From Alphaproteobacteria bacterium (GTDB lineage: Bacteria; Pseudomonadota; Alphaproteobacteria; SP197), in contig OZ219918.1 of assembly GCA_964291415.2 (NCBI GenBank), positions 192,001-256,000 on the forward strand: a stretch of DNA of 64,000 nucleotides. The letters run 5' to 3'. Shown in pieces: positions 40,107 through 49,001 of the stretch. The notes beneath the pieces were generated by a model, which was not told where the DNA came from, did not search any database, and was given only the letters and a program-made list of their open reading frames with translations. The first letter of the stretch is position 1. Each line of letters opens with the position of its first letter. The position numbers were made by a program, and so were the translations under genes.

Positions 40107-40296
40107 GGGCGCCTTGTCGGGATCGCGGCTCGCACGGACTCCCGGAAGACTTCTTGCGGACTCAGATGCCGATGTCGCACCGCATCCCGAAGGCGGGTCC
40201 AGCACCGGGATGACGCCCCGGGAGGTCAGGGAATGCCGCCCTGCCGCACGTCCCGTCAATCAGGGGAGAGGCTGCGCGTTCCGTCGCGGAGGCCGT

Positions 40297-41262
40297 TCAT
40301 GACGGTCCATCGCCATAGGTGAATGCCCTGGCCATCCGCGATACCAGATAGTCGCCGCAGGCAATCGGGTCGTGACCCGGAACCTCGCCCTCCGTGCACG
40401 AAACCGACGGATCGATCAGGGTGTCGAAGTCGGGATCGAAAGCCAGAACGATCGACAGTCTCTCGCGTCCCGACCTGTTGATCACCCGGTGCGGTGTCGA
40501 ACGCAGCTTTCGGTTGCTCCACCGCTCCAGCAGGTCACCCACATTGACGACAAGCGTGTCCGGAACGGGAGGTGCGGCGACCCATTCGCCTTCGTAATCC
40601 TGCACGTGGAGACCTCCGACCTCGTCCTGGCGAAGCACGGTCAGAACTCCGAAATCGGTGTGCGGGGACACACCAAAGACCTCCGGACCCAGTGTGTCGG
40701 GTTGAGGCGGATAGTAGGTCAGTGACGCCCGGCTGAGCGGCCTGGAGGTGGTCTGAAGAAAGGTGTCGTCCGGCAGGTCAAGCCCCAGGGCGCAACCGCG
40801 CAGGACATGCCGGGCAACGTCGCTGGCGGCCACGAGATAGCGTTCCAGAACTGGACGCAGGCCCGGCATCGACGCGGGCCACTGGTTGACACCCTGCAAG
40901 GGCCGGTTTCGTTGCGAGAGGGGGAAGTCATGACCCCACACGAAACTCTCCTTGAGATCCGCAATGGCGTCATCATCCATTTTCGAGGCGCCGGGTCTCA
41001 GGTAGCCCCGGTGGTCCTTGTTGATGGAGACTGCCCGCTTGATCTCGTCGTCCTGCCGGAAGAAGGCCAATCCCATGCGATGCGCTTCGGCGATCAGCTC
41101 CGGAGCGATCCCGTGATTGCGGATGTAGAGAAATCCGACATCCCGGCTTGCTTCGTGGATTTCCCTGGCAACACCGAACTCTGCGGAACCGTCGCGCAGC
41201 GGATCGATATCGATGATCGGTATGACAGAGGTGTCGATCTCCTTGTGTGCGGCGTAACCCAT
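40297..41262 (-). CDS. Isopenicillin N synthase-like 2OG-Fe(II) oxygenase
   Basis: IPIIDI, GFLYIRNHG, HTD, NVGDLLERWSN, TPHRV, RLS. Confidence 0.9.
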   Translation of the reverse strand: MGYAAHKEIDTSVIPIIDIDPLRDGSAEFGVAREIHEASRDVGFLYIRNHGIAPELIAEAHRMGLAFFRQDDEIKRAVSINKDHRGYLRPGASKMDDDAIADLKESFVWGHDFPLSQRNRPLQGVNQWPASMPGLRPVLERYLVAASDVARHVLRGCALGLDLPDDTFLQTTSRPLSRASLTYYPPQPDTLGPEVFGVSPHTDFGVLTVLRQDEVGGLHVQDYEGEWVAAPPVPDTLVVNVGDLLERWSNRKLRSTPHRVINRSGRERLSIVLAFDPDFDTLIDPSVSCTEGEVPGHDPIACGDYLVSRMARAFTYGDGPS

Positions 41263-41263
41263 G

Positions 41264-41875
41264 TCAGGTCTCTCCTGTCGTCTCACCGGCTGCTTTCTCG
41301 GGTGAGACGTAGAATCCCACCACGTCGCCCTGGAGGGTCACGCCAAGCCCGTTCAGCAGGCGGTTGACGTAGTTGAAGTAGCCGCAGATCTGGTTGACTT
41401 CAAGAATTGCGCCGTCGTCAACGCCGCATTCCCGCATGGCTGCAAGGTCGCTTTCGACCATGGCGCCGGGTTCGAGGGTCAGTTTCTCGGCATAGCGGAG
41501 CATGGCGAGATGAGCCGTCTCGAAGGCAGTCTCCGGACGTCCGGCCCTGAGCGCTGCCAGGATGGCGTCGGCACGTTCGTCATCCGCGATGAGGTGGCGT
41601 GCATTGGCGAAGTGGTTGGCGAGGGAATAGTCGCAACGGTTGAGAATGCTGACCCAGGAGGCGATCACCTCCTGAAACCACATGGGGAGCTCGTTTCCAT
41701 CGTTGTGCAGGACGCTCATGTAGAGCTCCCAATGGCCCATCATGGTGTGCGGCCGAAGCGAATGGACGCGCATGACGTTGTCCACCCGGCCGGAGGGGCC
41801 GCGGGCCTTTTCGAGAGTGGCCTTCAGCTTGGGCGAGGCCTTCGAATCCTCGATCATGGTGATCCAGGCCGTCAT
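41264..41875 (-). CDS. AhpD/CMD-family peroxidase-related protein
   Basis: VDNVMRVHSLRP, VSILNRCDYSLANH, YFNYVNRLLNGLG. Confidence 0.82.
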   Translation of the reverse strand: MTAWITMIEDSKASPKLKATLEKARGPSGRVDNVMRVHSLRPHTMMGHWELYMSVLHNDGNELPMWFQEVIASWVSILNRCDYSLANHFANARHLIADDERADAILAALRAGRPETAFETAHLAMLRYAEKLTLEPGAMVESDLAAMRECGVDDGAILEVNQICGYFNYVNRLLNGLGVTLQGDVVGFYVSPEKAAGETTGET

Positions 41876-42035
41876 GGATCGTCTCCTCTTTCATGTCGCT
41901 TTCCGGCAGGAAACCCGGAAGCCGGGGCATCGGGAAACCTTGCCCGGGGGGAGTTCGGCTGAATCGTCAGCCCGGTGGCCGCAAGGATGCCATTGCAGGA
42001 CGCCGGCCACGTCGTTGGACGTTCCCCCGATTGCA

Positions 42036-43502
42036 TCAGTTCCGGGTTCCAGGGCGCGTCAGGCGATCGCCCGCATCGGCGAGCATGGCGACGGTACGGC
42101 GGATGTCGTCTTCGCTGGTTCGGGGATTGATGACGCACATGCGCAGCACCATGCGACCATCCAGAATGGTCGACGAGACGACGGCCTCGCCAGTCGCCAT
42201 GATCTCGCGCGGTATCGCCGCGTTGATCTCCTCGAGCCTCGCTCGCCCGTGCAGTCCGTTGCCTACATAGCGAAAGGTGACAATGCCCAGACAGGCCGGT
42301 GAGGTTACCTCGAACCGGTCATCGCGCTCGACTTCCCGGGCCGCCATCTCTGCAAGGACAATGCCCTTGTCGACCGCCTCCCTGATGGCGTCCAGTCCCA
42401 GGCACTGAAGGCTCACCCAGAGCTTGAGGGCCCGGAATCCGCGGCTCAACTGGATGCCGTAGTCGCAGAAGTTGATCTCCTGCCCGGTTGGCTTCGCGTC
42501 CTGCATGTAGTCGGCCGAAGTACGGAATGCCTCGGCCAACAGGGTCTTGTCACGAACCAGGACGGCGCCGATTTCGAACGGCTGGAACATCCACTTGTGG
42601 GGATCGAGGACCAGGGAGTCGGCACGACCGAGGTCCGCCAGCAGGTCCCCGGATCGGCGGCCGAGTGCCGCACTCGCTCCGTAGGCGCCGTCGACATGAA
42701 ACCACATCTCCTCCTCATTGCAGATGTCGGCCAGGGGAGCCAATGGATCGACGGCACCGGTGTTGGTCGAACCTGCATTGGCAACGACACAGAACGGCCG
42801 TTTTCCCTGGGCGCGATCCCTGGCGACGGCCTGGCGAAGATGATCGGGATCGAGCCTGAAATCGCTGTCGCTCCCGATCCGGTGCAGTTGATGCGATCCG
42901 AAGCCGAGCAGGTAGAGCGCCTTGTCGACGGACGCGTGCACCTGATCGGAACAATAGATGACAGCGTCGTCCGTTCGATCATCGAGCCTGTGGCGGCGCG
43001 CGACCGCCAGACCGGTCAGATTGGCCACCGAACCACCACTGACAAACAGACCCCCCGATTGTGGCGGCAGGCCGACCGTCTGGCACAACCAGTCGATCAG
43101 GGAGAGTTCAAGGGCAGCCGGTCCGGAGCTTTCGAGCCAGGTGCCGGTAAAGACATTGAAACCGGACGCCAAGACGTCGCCCAGCACGCCATAGAAGTTG
43201 CTGGGACCGGGTACGAAGGCGAAATAGCGCGGGTGATTGCAAAGCAGGCTGTTGGCGAAAACACCGTCCCTTGCATGTGACAGGACCTCCGCGAACGGGC
43301 GTCCCTTGTCGGGTGGATCGGCCGAAAAGAGTTCCGCCATCTCGCCCGCGGAACCGACCTGGCCGACCGAACGGTCCGAGAGCGTGGCGAGGTGTTCAAC
43401 CAGCAGGTCGATAGCGGCGTAGCCGTCACGTCGCATCTCTTCGAGGTCGGGCTCAAGCCGCCCAATCCCGGGCGGGTGCCTTTGCTCCGGCCGGCGGTTC
43501 AT
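42036..43502 (-). CDS. Group II PLP-dependent decarboxylase (aromatic L-amino acid decarboxylase-like)
   Basis: HPRYFAFVP, SGGSVANL, HVDGAYG, DPHKW (PLP lysine), SRGFRALKLW. Confidence 0.9.
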   Translation of the reverse strand: MNRRPEQRHPPGIGRLEPDLEEMRRDGYAAIDLLVEHLATLSDRSVGQVGSAGEMAELFSADPPDKGRPFAEVLSHARDGVFANSLLCNHPRYFAFVPGPSNFYGVLGDVLASGFNVFTGTWLESSGPAALELSLIDWLCQTVGLPPQSGGLFVSGGSVANLTGLAVARRHRLDDRTDDAVIYCSDQVHASVDKALYLLGFGSHQLHRIGSDSDFRLDPDHLRQAVARDRAQGKRPFCVVANAGSTNTGAVDPLAPLADICNEEEMWFHVDGAYGASAALGRRSGDLLADLGRADSLVLDPHKWMFQPFEIGAVLVRDKTLLAEAFRTSADYMQDAKPTGQEINFCDYGIQLSRGFRALKLWVSLQCLGLDAIREAVDKGIVLAEMAAREVERDDRFEVTSPACLGIVTFRYVGNGLHGRARLEEINAAIPREIMATGEAVVSSTILDGRMVLRMCVINPRTSEDDIRRTVAMLADAGDRLTRPGTRN

Positions 43503-43834
43503 GGCGCTGACCCCAGGACATCCGATTTCCTGTCCGCCGCCGTCGCATCCGCCCTGGCAACATCGCCAACGGGATGGCGAAGATCGGCGCCTTGACGGGT
43601 CCGGGCGTCGTCGCAGCTGGCAAGCCGCACGACCGGTGCCAGACACCCTTCGGGCAGGACGTTGCCGCGGCAGTGGCCATCGGACCGGCAGACTGGTTTC
43701 GGGTGCACTGACACAGCCTTGCAGAGACGGTGCACCGAACCCGCGGGACGTCGGATCTCATCAGAGATCTCGGCGAGAAGGCCGTCGGCATGCTCCGGTT
43801 CAACTATGTCAAGCCAGCAGATCGGGTCGGCCAT
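43499..43834 (-). pseudogene. Truncated/degenerate AhpD-like peroxidase-related protein
   Basis: N-terminus (WLDIVEPEHADGLLAEI..EIRRPAGSVHRLCKAVSVHP) resembles the N-terminus of 41264..41875, then loses similarity. Confidence 0.45.
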
Positions 43835-43895
43835 CGTCCTTTCCCCGAAAGGCCCGTCGTGACGCATTCACAAAGCACCGACCTTCCACGACTGC

Positions 43896-43941
43896 CAGCC
43901 TAGGTAGCCGGTCCGCCACCCGTCAAGACTGTGATCACAGT
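43896..43941 (-). promoter_or_regulatory. Putative promoter (TTGACG-N18-TAGGCT) with operator ACTGTGATCACAGT for the decarboxylase operon
   Basis: Read on the minus strand; a perfect 14-bp palindrome abuts the -35 box. Confidence 0.6.
43913..43940. repeat. 28-bp direct repeat, left copy, containing palindrome TGTGATCACA
   Basis: CCGCCACCCGTCAAGACTGTGATCACAG; 26/28 identical to 47664..47691. Confidence 0.85.
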
Positions 43942-44149
43942 ACTGGGCAGTGTTGGTCAGCAGTTTGATCGCGTCGCAGTACTCCACGCAGGCATTTCGC
44001 AAAGGTTCAGTAGCTGCGTTCAGCGGGACTCTCCGGGCATTCCGCAAAGCATCCTCAGAGCCCGTCGCGCTCTTGGGGCAGGGTGGCGTGAACGGCGTTG
44101 ACCGGACGCCAGTGCCGCATTCATAGTGCTGGGCCAAGGAGGACGCGTC

Positions 44150-44362
44150 ATGGTGGCCGAGACTACCTTCAGATACCGTTTCAAGGTGGGAGGCAGGGTC
44201 GTGCACTGCGGTTTCACGATCGACTTGGCGCGCCGCGAGCAAGAGCACCGCCGCCGGTGGCCGACGGGCCATATCGAACAGGTGGGTGGGCCGACCACGC
44301 GCGAAGAGGCGTGGAAGTGGGAGAGGCAGCAAGCCGAACAGCGGTTCCGTTCCGCGTCCTGA
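44150..44362 (+). CDS. Minimal (70 aa) GIY-YIG-like protein
   Basis: Strong RBS AAGGAGG; pattern YRF...VVHCGFTIDLARREQEH...EAWKWE retains the GIY-YIG Arg and Glu positions; TGATG overlap with SIR2. Confidence 0.6.
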   Translation: MVAETTFRYRFKVGGRVVHCGFTIDLARREQEHRRRWPTGHIEQVGGPTTREEAWKWERQQAEQRFRSAS

Positions 44363-45456
44363 TGGCTTCACAGGAGCCCTCTGCGGGGCAGGCGGCCACA
44401 GCACAAAGCGTCCCCCGCAATCATGTTGTTGTCACCGGAGCCGGCTTCAGCCGCGCCTTGGTCCCCGGCGCGCCGCTGCTCGTTGACAATTTCAACAACG
44501 ATGCCCTTGAAAACAAAGTCCGAGGTCTGCCCAATGCGAGCCGGTTGCTGGAGTGGGAACGAAGCCTCCATCCGAGCGGTTACATCGATATTGAGCGTTT
44601 GATGACGCGACTCGATGCCTTGATGCCGTACGACTATGCCGAGAACGCTGGCAACGCAGCGAACGAATATGGATACCTCCTTTCGGAGCTGAAGAGAACG
44701 TTCGTTGACCGTCTCCATGAAGCTCGAAATGGGGACATCCATCGCGAAGACCTGAAACGCTTCGCGAACTTCTGTGAGACGCATCGCTGCTGCTGCATCA
44801 CGTTCAACTACGACGACTTCCTCGACGAGGCGCTGGCGCAGACCAAGAGTTGGAACCCTTACTGGGGTTACGGATTCTTCTGCCAGTCATCACTGGACAC
44901 CATGGCTAGTTTCGACGAACTGGAACGTAACTCGGCTTTGCGGCTGCTCAAGCTTCACGGATCGATCAATTGGCGGCCGAAGCTCGGCTATGCGAACCCG
45001 GTGGCAATCGACACCATCACGCATCATCACGAGTGGTCCAACAACAGTCTCCGGTATCCGCAAGTAGCCGGGAACCTCGAACCCGAACCGGTCATGGTCC
45101 CGCCTGTCCTGTCAAAGTCCAGCCTCGTCGAACAACCGGTCCTTCGGCTTGTCTGGTCGCATGCGCTTGCAAGCCTGGAGATAGCTCACGAAGTCACGTT
45201 CATTGGCTATTCGTTTCCGGCGACGGACGTGGCCGCAAGGACCTTGTTTACCGAAGCGTTGAAGGACCTGCCAGCAGAGGACATAAATGTTGTCAATCTA
45301 AGCCGCGACAAATCAGAGGCTGAAACCACGCGGGAGCGATATCGATCCGTGCTCGGCGATATCCCCGATGAGCAGTTTCATTTCAACGGCGCTCTGGAGT
45401 GGATAAGAGGCCTGCCGTCCAACCATCGGGGTAACGAATTGTTCAACCGGGGCTAG
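44362..45456 (+). CDS. SIR2-like (SIR2_2) domain protein
   Basis: TGAGFS, ITFNYD, LKLHGSINW, IGYSFPATD motifs. Confidence 0.85.
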   Translation: MASQEPSAGQAATAQSVPRNHVVVTGAGFSRALVPGAPLLVDNFNNDALENKVRGLPNASRLLEWERSLHPSGYIDIERLMTRLDALMPYDYAENAGNAANEYGYLLSELKRTFVDRLHEARNGDIHREDLKRFANFCETHRCCCITFNYDDFLDEALAQTKSWNPYWGYGFFCQSSLDTMASFDELERNSALRLLKLHGSINWRPKLGYANPVAIDTITHHHEWSNNSLRYPQVAGNLEPEPVMVPPVLSKSSLVEQPVLRLVWSHALASLEIAHEVTFIGYSFPATDVAARTLFTEALKDLPAEDINVVNLSRDKSEAETTRERYRSVLGDIPDEQFHFNGALEWIRGLPSNHRGNELFNRG

Positions 45457-45840
45457 GTCATGCTCTTGGTTGGTACTCGACCATTTCGCCCGAAGTCCCA
45501 TGTATCGGGGCGTTCTTGCTGGACGACACATGCAAACAACTCGATCCCTTCCGGCTGTGCCGACCGAGATCAGCGCAAGTCGGTTCCCGGGACGTTCCCG
45601 GACATCCAGCCCGCTCATTAAATCTCGCTTCCGTCTGTCATATCGCGAATCTCGTTGCAGATTGCATCGAACTGTTCACTGACCAGACGCGACCGTTTCA
45701 GCACGAAACTCTCGCGACGCGGGATGGTATCGACGTAGCTTTTCGCGACCGTCGAACAGAGAGCGGCGGGATGAACTACTTCGAGGTGACGTGTTGACGG
45801 GAGATCCTCCCCGGCCGCTGAACGTGGTTCAACGGAGACG

Positions 45841-45948
45841 GGCGATGAGTTCGGAGGTAAAGAACTCGCTTGCCCCCCTGAAATCCGGTAGCCACGTATT
45901 TGCGGGCAATGTTCGGCGATCGGGATGCGCATAGTCGCGTGGAACTGC
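45841..45948 (+). repeat. ~108-bp direct repeat copy 1: upstream region + first 8 codons (MRIVAWNC) of the EEP gene
   Basis: Aligns without gaps to 46711..46818; 8 mismatches over the 98-bp core. Confidence 0.88.
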
Positions 45949-45959
45949 CAACACATAAA

Positions 45960-46370
45960 TCAGAAGTACGGTACTTCCTCGATGTCGAGCTCTTCCAGTC
46001 GCCATGAGTCCGTTCGTGTCGAGTATCTGATCTTGGCGATGTAGTGCATTCGCGACACCGAGCCGGAGCCGCTCTGGACGTCCACGTAAGACATCACGGT
46101 CCACATGCACGTCTCGGGAGGATCTGCCTGGTCCCTGAACTCAGACACGCCAGGGTCGACAATCTTAGCGAATTCGGCCGCGAACGAGGAAGGGATTCTG
46201 TCCTCAACGAAGAGCTTGGCGATGACAAAGGCGGATCTCCCGCCATCCTCGCAGTTGAACTGCCAGGGGTCCTGATCGCAGGCGCCTACAACGATAGCGC
46301 TCGTCAGCAGCATGGAGGCAAGCTTCGGCAGCGCAGATTCTCTCACAAGGCGTCCGTCAGACTCGTGCAT
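45960..46370 (-). CDS. Hypothetical lipoprotein-like protein
   Basis: Hydrophobic stretch ending in VGAC (lipobox-like), followed by a globular region (WTVMSYVD...YIAKIRY...WRLEELDI); start uncertain. Confidence 0.6.
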   Translation of the reverse strand: MHESDGRLVRESALPKLASMLLTSAIVVGACDQDPWQFNCEDGGRSAFVIAKLFVEDRIPSSFAAEFAKIVDPGVSEFRDQADPPETCMWTVMSYVDVQSGSGSVSRMHYIAKIRYSTRTDSWRLEELDIEEVPYF

Positions 46371-46710
46371 TCTTCCGTCGCCGGCCGGATCCCGGATTGC
46401 GGTAATGTCGAAAGTTCTTACGAGCACCTTGCGCACCAGTCCGACCAACAAGGACCTTGCATGCATTCGTTCTTTGGACATGGCTACTTCATGGAAACTA
46501 TTGCGAATGGCGGAAAGGGTACACTCGTGCATGCAGGGCTTGCCAGCTGGAAGGCGGCTTCTTCCTGCTTTCTGCGCCGGAGAGTTGCAACGGGGAGTAT
46601 CCAAAAAAGTGAACGGACGCCCCCACTTCTTGCGTCGCAGCCAACCATGTACGTAGCTTTCTTACCCTGATGGGAGAGCGATGGCACGTTGCCACAATGC
46701 GCAAAAGTCA

Positions 46711-46818
46711 GACGTTGAATTCGGAGGTGAAGAACTCGCTTGACCCCCTGAAGTCCGGTAACCAGGCATTTGCGGGCAATGGTTGGCGATCGGGATGCGC
46801 ATAGTCGCGTGGAACTGC
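46711..46818 (+). repeat. ~108-bp direct repeat copy 2
   Basis: Continues into the intact EEP gene. Confidence 0.88.
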
Positions 46819-47556
46819 AGGATGGCGCTGCATCGCAAGATCGATGCCCTGATGGCCTTGCGCCCGGACCTTGCCGTGATTCCGGAAGCGGGCGCGCCGG
46901 AACGTCTTGTTGACCGGAATCCGGCCCTGGCGGAAGCGTCCCTGGTCTGGGTCGGCAGGAATCCGCACAAGGGACTCTTGGTGGCAGGATTCGGCACGAC
47001 CCGTCTCGATTTCAGTCGACGCCGCCAAGACGGCAACCTGCACTGGATGGCGCCTGTCGCTGCGCACGGGCTTCCAGGGATGGACGGGCCTCTCCACCTT
47101 CTCGGCGTCTGGGCACAGAACGCCAGCGAAGGCGATTGGCGAAAGGACAATCCCGGATACGTTCAGCAGGCGCTTCAGCGCTATCGCAGGTTCCTGCGGT
47201 CGGCCCCCTCGGTCGTTGCGGGCGATTTCAACAATCACGTTCTGTGGGACCGTCCCGGATGGCGGATGAACCACGCCAACGAAGTCCGCAGCCTGGCGCG
47301 CCTCGGACTGGTCAGCGCCTACCATGTCTCACGCGGTGTCGAGGCCGGTGACGAGCCGGAACCGACATTCTACTGGCGCAGCCGGACAATCGACTCTCCG
47401 ACCTACCACATCGACTACGTGTTCATGCCGCAGGAATGGACGAGGCGTCCCTTCGACCTGGACGTCGGTCGATACGAGGACTGGATCGGTTCAGGCTTGA
47501 GTGACCACGTACCGCTGGTGCTCGACGTCACGCCTTCGCAGGGCGGGCCGCCATGA
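46795..47556 (+). CDS. Endonuclease/exonuclease/phosphatase (EEP) family protein
   Basis: MRIVAWNC, IPE, AGDFNN, IDYVF, SDHVP motifs. Confidence 0.88.
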   Translation: MRIVAWNCRMALHRKIDALMALRPDLAVIPEAGAPERLVDRNPALAEASLVWVGRNPHKGLLVAGFGTTRLDFSRRRQDGNLHWMAPVAAHGLPGMDGPLHLLGVWAQNASEGDWRKDNPGYVQQALQRYRRFLRSAPSVVAGDFNNHVLWDRPGWRMNHANEVRSLARLGLVSAYHVSRGVEAGDEPEPTFYWRSRTIDSPTYHIDYVFMPQEWTRRPFDLDVGRYEDWIGSGLSDHVPLVLDVTPSQGGPP

Positions 47557-47663
47557 ACATGGGGCGGGCAGTCGCCGGTCCTTGTCCGCTCCGACGTGCC
47601 CGCAGCAAAGCCAGGCACTCCCGGATCCCCGAACGAATGTCGAGCCTCCCTCATGTGCATCCC

Positions 47664-47691
47664 CCGCCGCCCGTCCAGACTGTGATCACAG
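47664..47691. repeat. 28-bp direct repeat, right copy, containing TGTGATCACA
   Basis: CCGCCGCCCGTCCAGACTGTGATCACAG. Confidence 0.85.
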
Positions 47692-47722
47692 ATTGACAGG
47701 AAAGGTCGGGACCGAGCAGATT
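47680..47722 (+). promoter_or_regulatory. Putative operator + promoter (TTGACA-N18-CAGATT) of the sox-like operon
   Basis: CTGTGATCACAG directly before a perfect TTGACA; -10 box ends 13 bp before the ATG at 47736. Confidence 0.6.
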
Positions 47723-47735
47723 GCCGATACGTGCC

Positions 47736-48992
47736 ATGGCCCACTACTCCTTCTTTCACCTGGCGGCCTCTGCTCTCGGTCTTGGTCCCCGTTCGGGGCC
47801 CGTGTTCGGCCGGGCCGATCCCCGGCCACGATACGACGTCGCGATCATAGGCGGCGGAGGGCACGGTCTGGCGACCGCCTACTACCTGGCCAGGGAGCAT
47901 GGTGTCAGCGATGTCGTGGTCATCGAGAAGGGCTGGCTGGGCGGTGGCAACACCGGGCGCAACACGACCATCGTGCGGGCGGACTATCTGCTGCCGGGCA
48001 ACCTGGAGTTCTTCGGCCATGCGCTCTCCATGTGGCCGGACCTGTCGCGCGAACTCAATTTCAATGTCATGTTCAGCCCGCGCGGATACCTGGACCTTGC
48101 CCATACGGACAGCCAGCTCGACCTCTTCATGCGCCGCGCCAACATGCTGAGCCTCAAGGGGATTCAGGCCCGCGTTGTCGGTCCCCAGGCCCTGCGCGAC
48201 CTGGAGCCCGCCCTCGACATTGGCCCCGACCCACCGGTCCCGGTGCTCGGCGGCCTCGTCCAGGACGGCGCCGGGACGGCGCGCCATGACGCCGTCGCCT
48301 GGGGGTACGCCAGGGGCGCTCACGGGCTGGGCGTCGACATCGTGCAGAATTGCGAGGTGACCGGTCTGAAGCTTGAGCATGGACACATCGCCGGCGTCGA
48401 GACGAGTCGCGGCATGATCCGGGCCGATACTGTCGTCGTTTCCGTCGCCGGCCATTCCAGCCGGCTTGCGGCCATGGCGGGGATCGACCTGCCGATCGAG
48501 ACCTATGCCGTACAGGCCTTCGTCTCGGAGCCCTTGAAGCCGGTTCTCAACCGCGTCACCAACATGAACATCGGCTTCGCCTATGCCAGCCAGACGGACA
48601 AGGGCGAAATCGTCATGGGTGGCAACCTGGAACCGCTGGCGAGCTATGCCCAGCGCGGCAGCGTCGTCAGGATCGGCGAGACCGCGTCCAGGCTCGTGCA
48701 TATCCTGCCCTTCCTGAGCCGTGTGCGCCTGCTGCGTGCCTGGGGCGGCATTGCCGATGTCTCCGCCGACGGCAGCGCGATCGTCGGTCCGACGCCGGTC
48801 GGCGGCCTCTATCTCAACGCCGGCTGGGGATACTCCGGCTTCAAGGCGACACCGGCCGCCGGCTGGTGCATGGCCCATACGGTGGCGACCGGCGAGGTCC
48901 ACCCCCTGATCCGGCCGCTGGGTCTCGATCGGTTCACGACCGGCGCCCTGCTCGATGAAGGCGGCGCCGGTCCCTACACCTGGCTCCACTGA
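47736..48992 (+). CDS. soxB: Sarcosine oxidase beta subunit family (or N-methylglutamate dehydrogenase MgdA-like)
   Basis: GGGGHGLATAYYLA, GGNTGRNTTIVR, RHDAVAWGYARGA, GWGYSGFKATP. Confidence 0.88.
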   Translation: MAHYSFFHLAASALGLGPRSGPVFGRADPRPRYDVAIIGGGGHGLATAYYLAREHGVSDVVVIEKGWLGGGNTGRNTTIVRADYLLPGNLEFFGHALSMWPDLSRELNFNVMFSPRGYLDLAHTDSQLDLFMRRANMLSLKGIQARVVGPQALRDLEPALDIGPDPPVPVLGGLVQDGAGTARHDAVAWGYARGAHGLGVDIVQNCEVTGLKLEHGHIAGVETSRGMIRADTVVVSVAGHSSRLAAMAGIDLPIETYAVQAFVSEPLKPVLNRVTNMNIGFAYASQTDKGEIVMGGNLEPLASYAQRGSVVRIGETASRLVHILPFLSRVRLLRAWGGIADVSADGSAIVGPTPVGGLYLNAGWGYSGFKATPAAGWCMAHTVATGEVHPLIRPLGLDRFTTGALLDEGGAGPYTWLH

Positions 48993-49001
48993 CTTCGCGC
49001 C

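Noticed and set aside
37843-40302. 819-aa plus-strand ORF
   Set aside because: Chimera of antisense C45/antitoxin sequence and the real DUF899 5' part starting at 39523.
37630-41262. Penicillin-like cluster (IPNS-like + C45 acyltransferase)
   Set aside because: No ACV synthetase or NRPS in the window; both families are broad and the genes are separated by unrelated ORFs.
44098-44361. 88-codon N-terminal extension of SIR2
   Set aside because: Overlaps the RBS-supported small ORF in another frame; TGATG coupling supports the start at 44362.
45841-46818. Integron attC cassettes
   Set aside because: No integrase and no clear RYYYAAC...GTTRRRY hairpin; the repeat matches the EEP 5' end instead.
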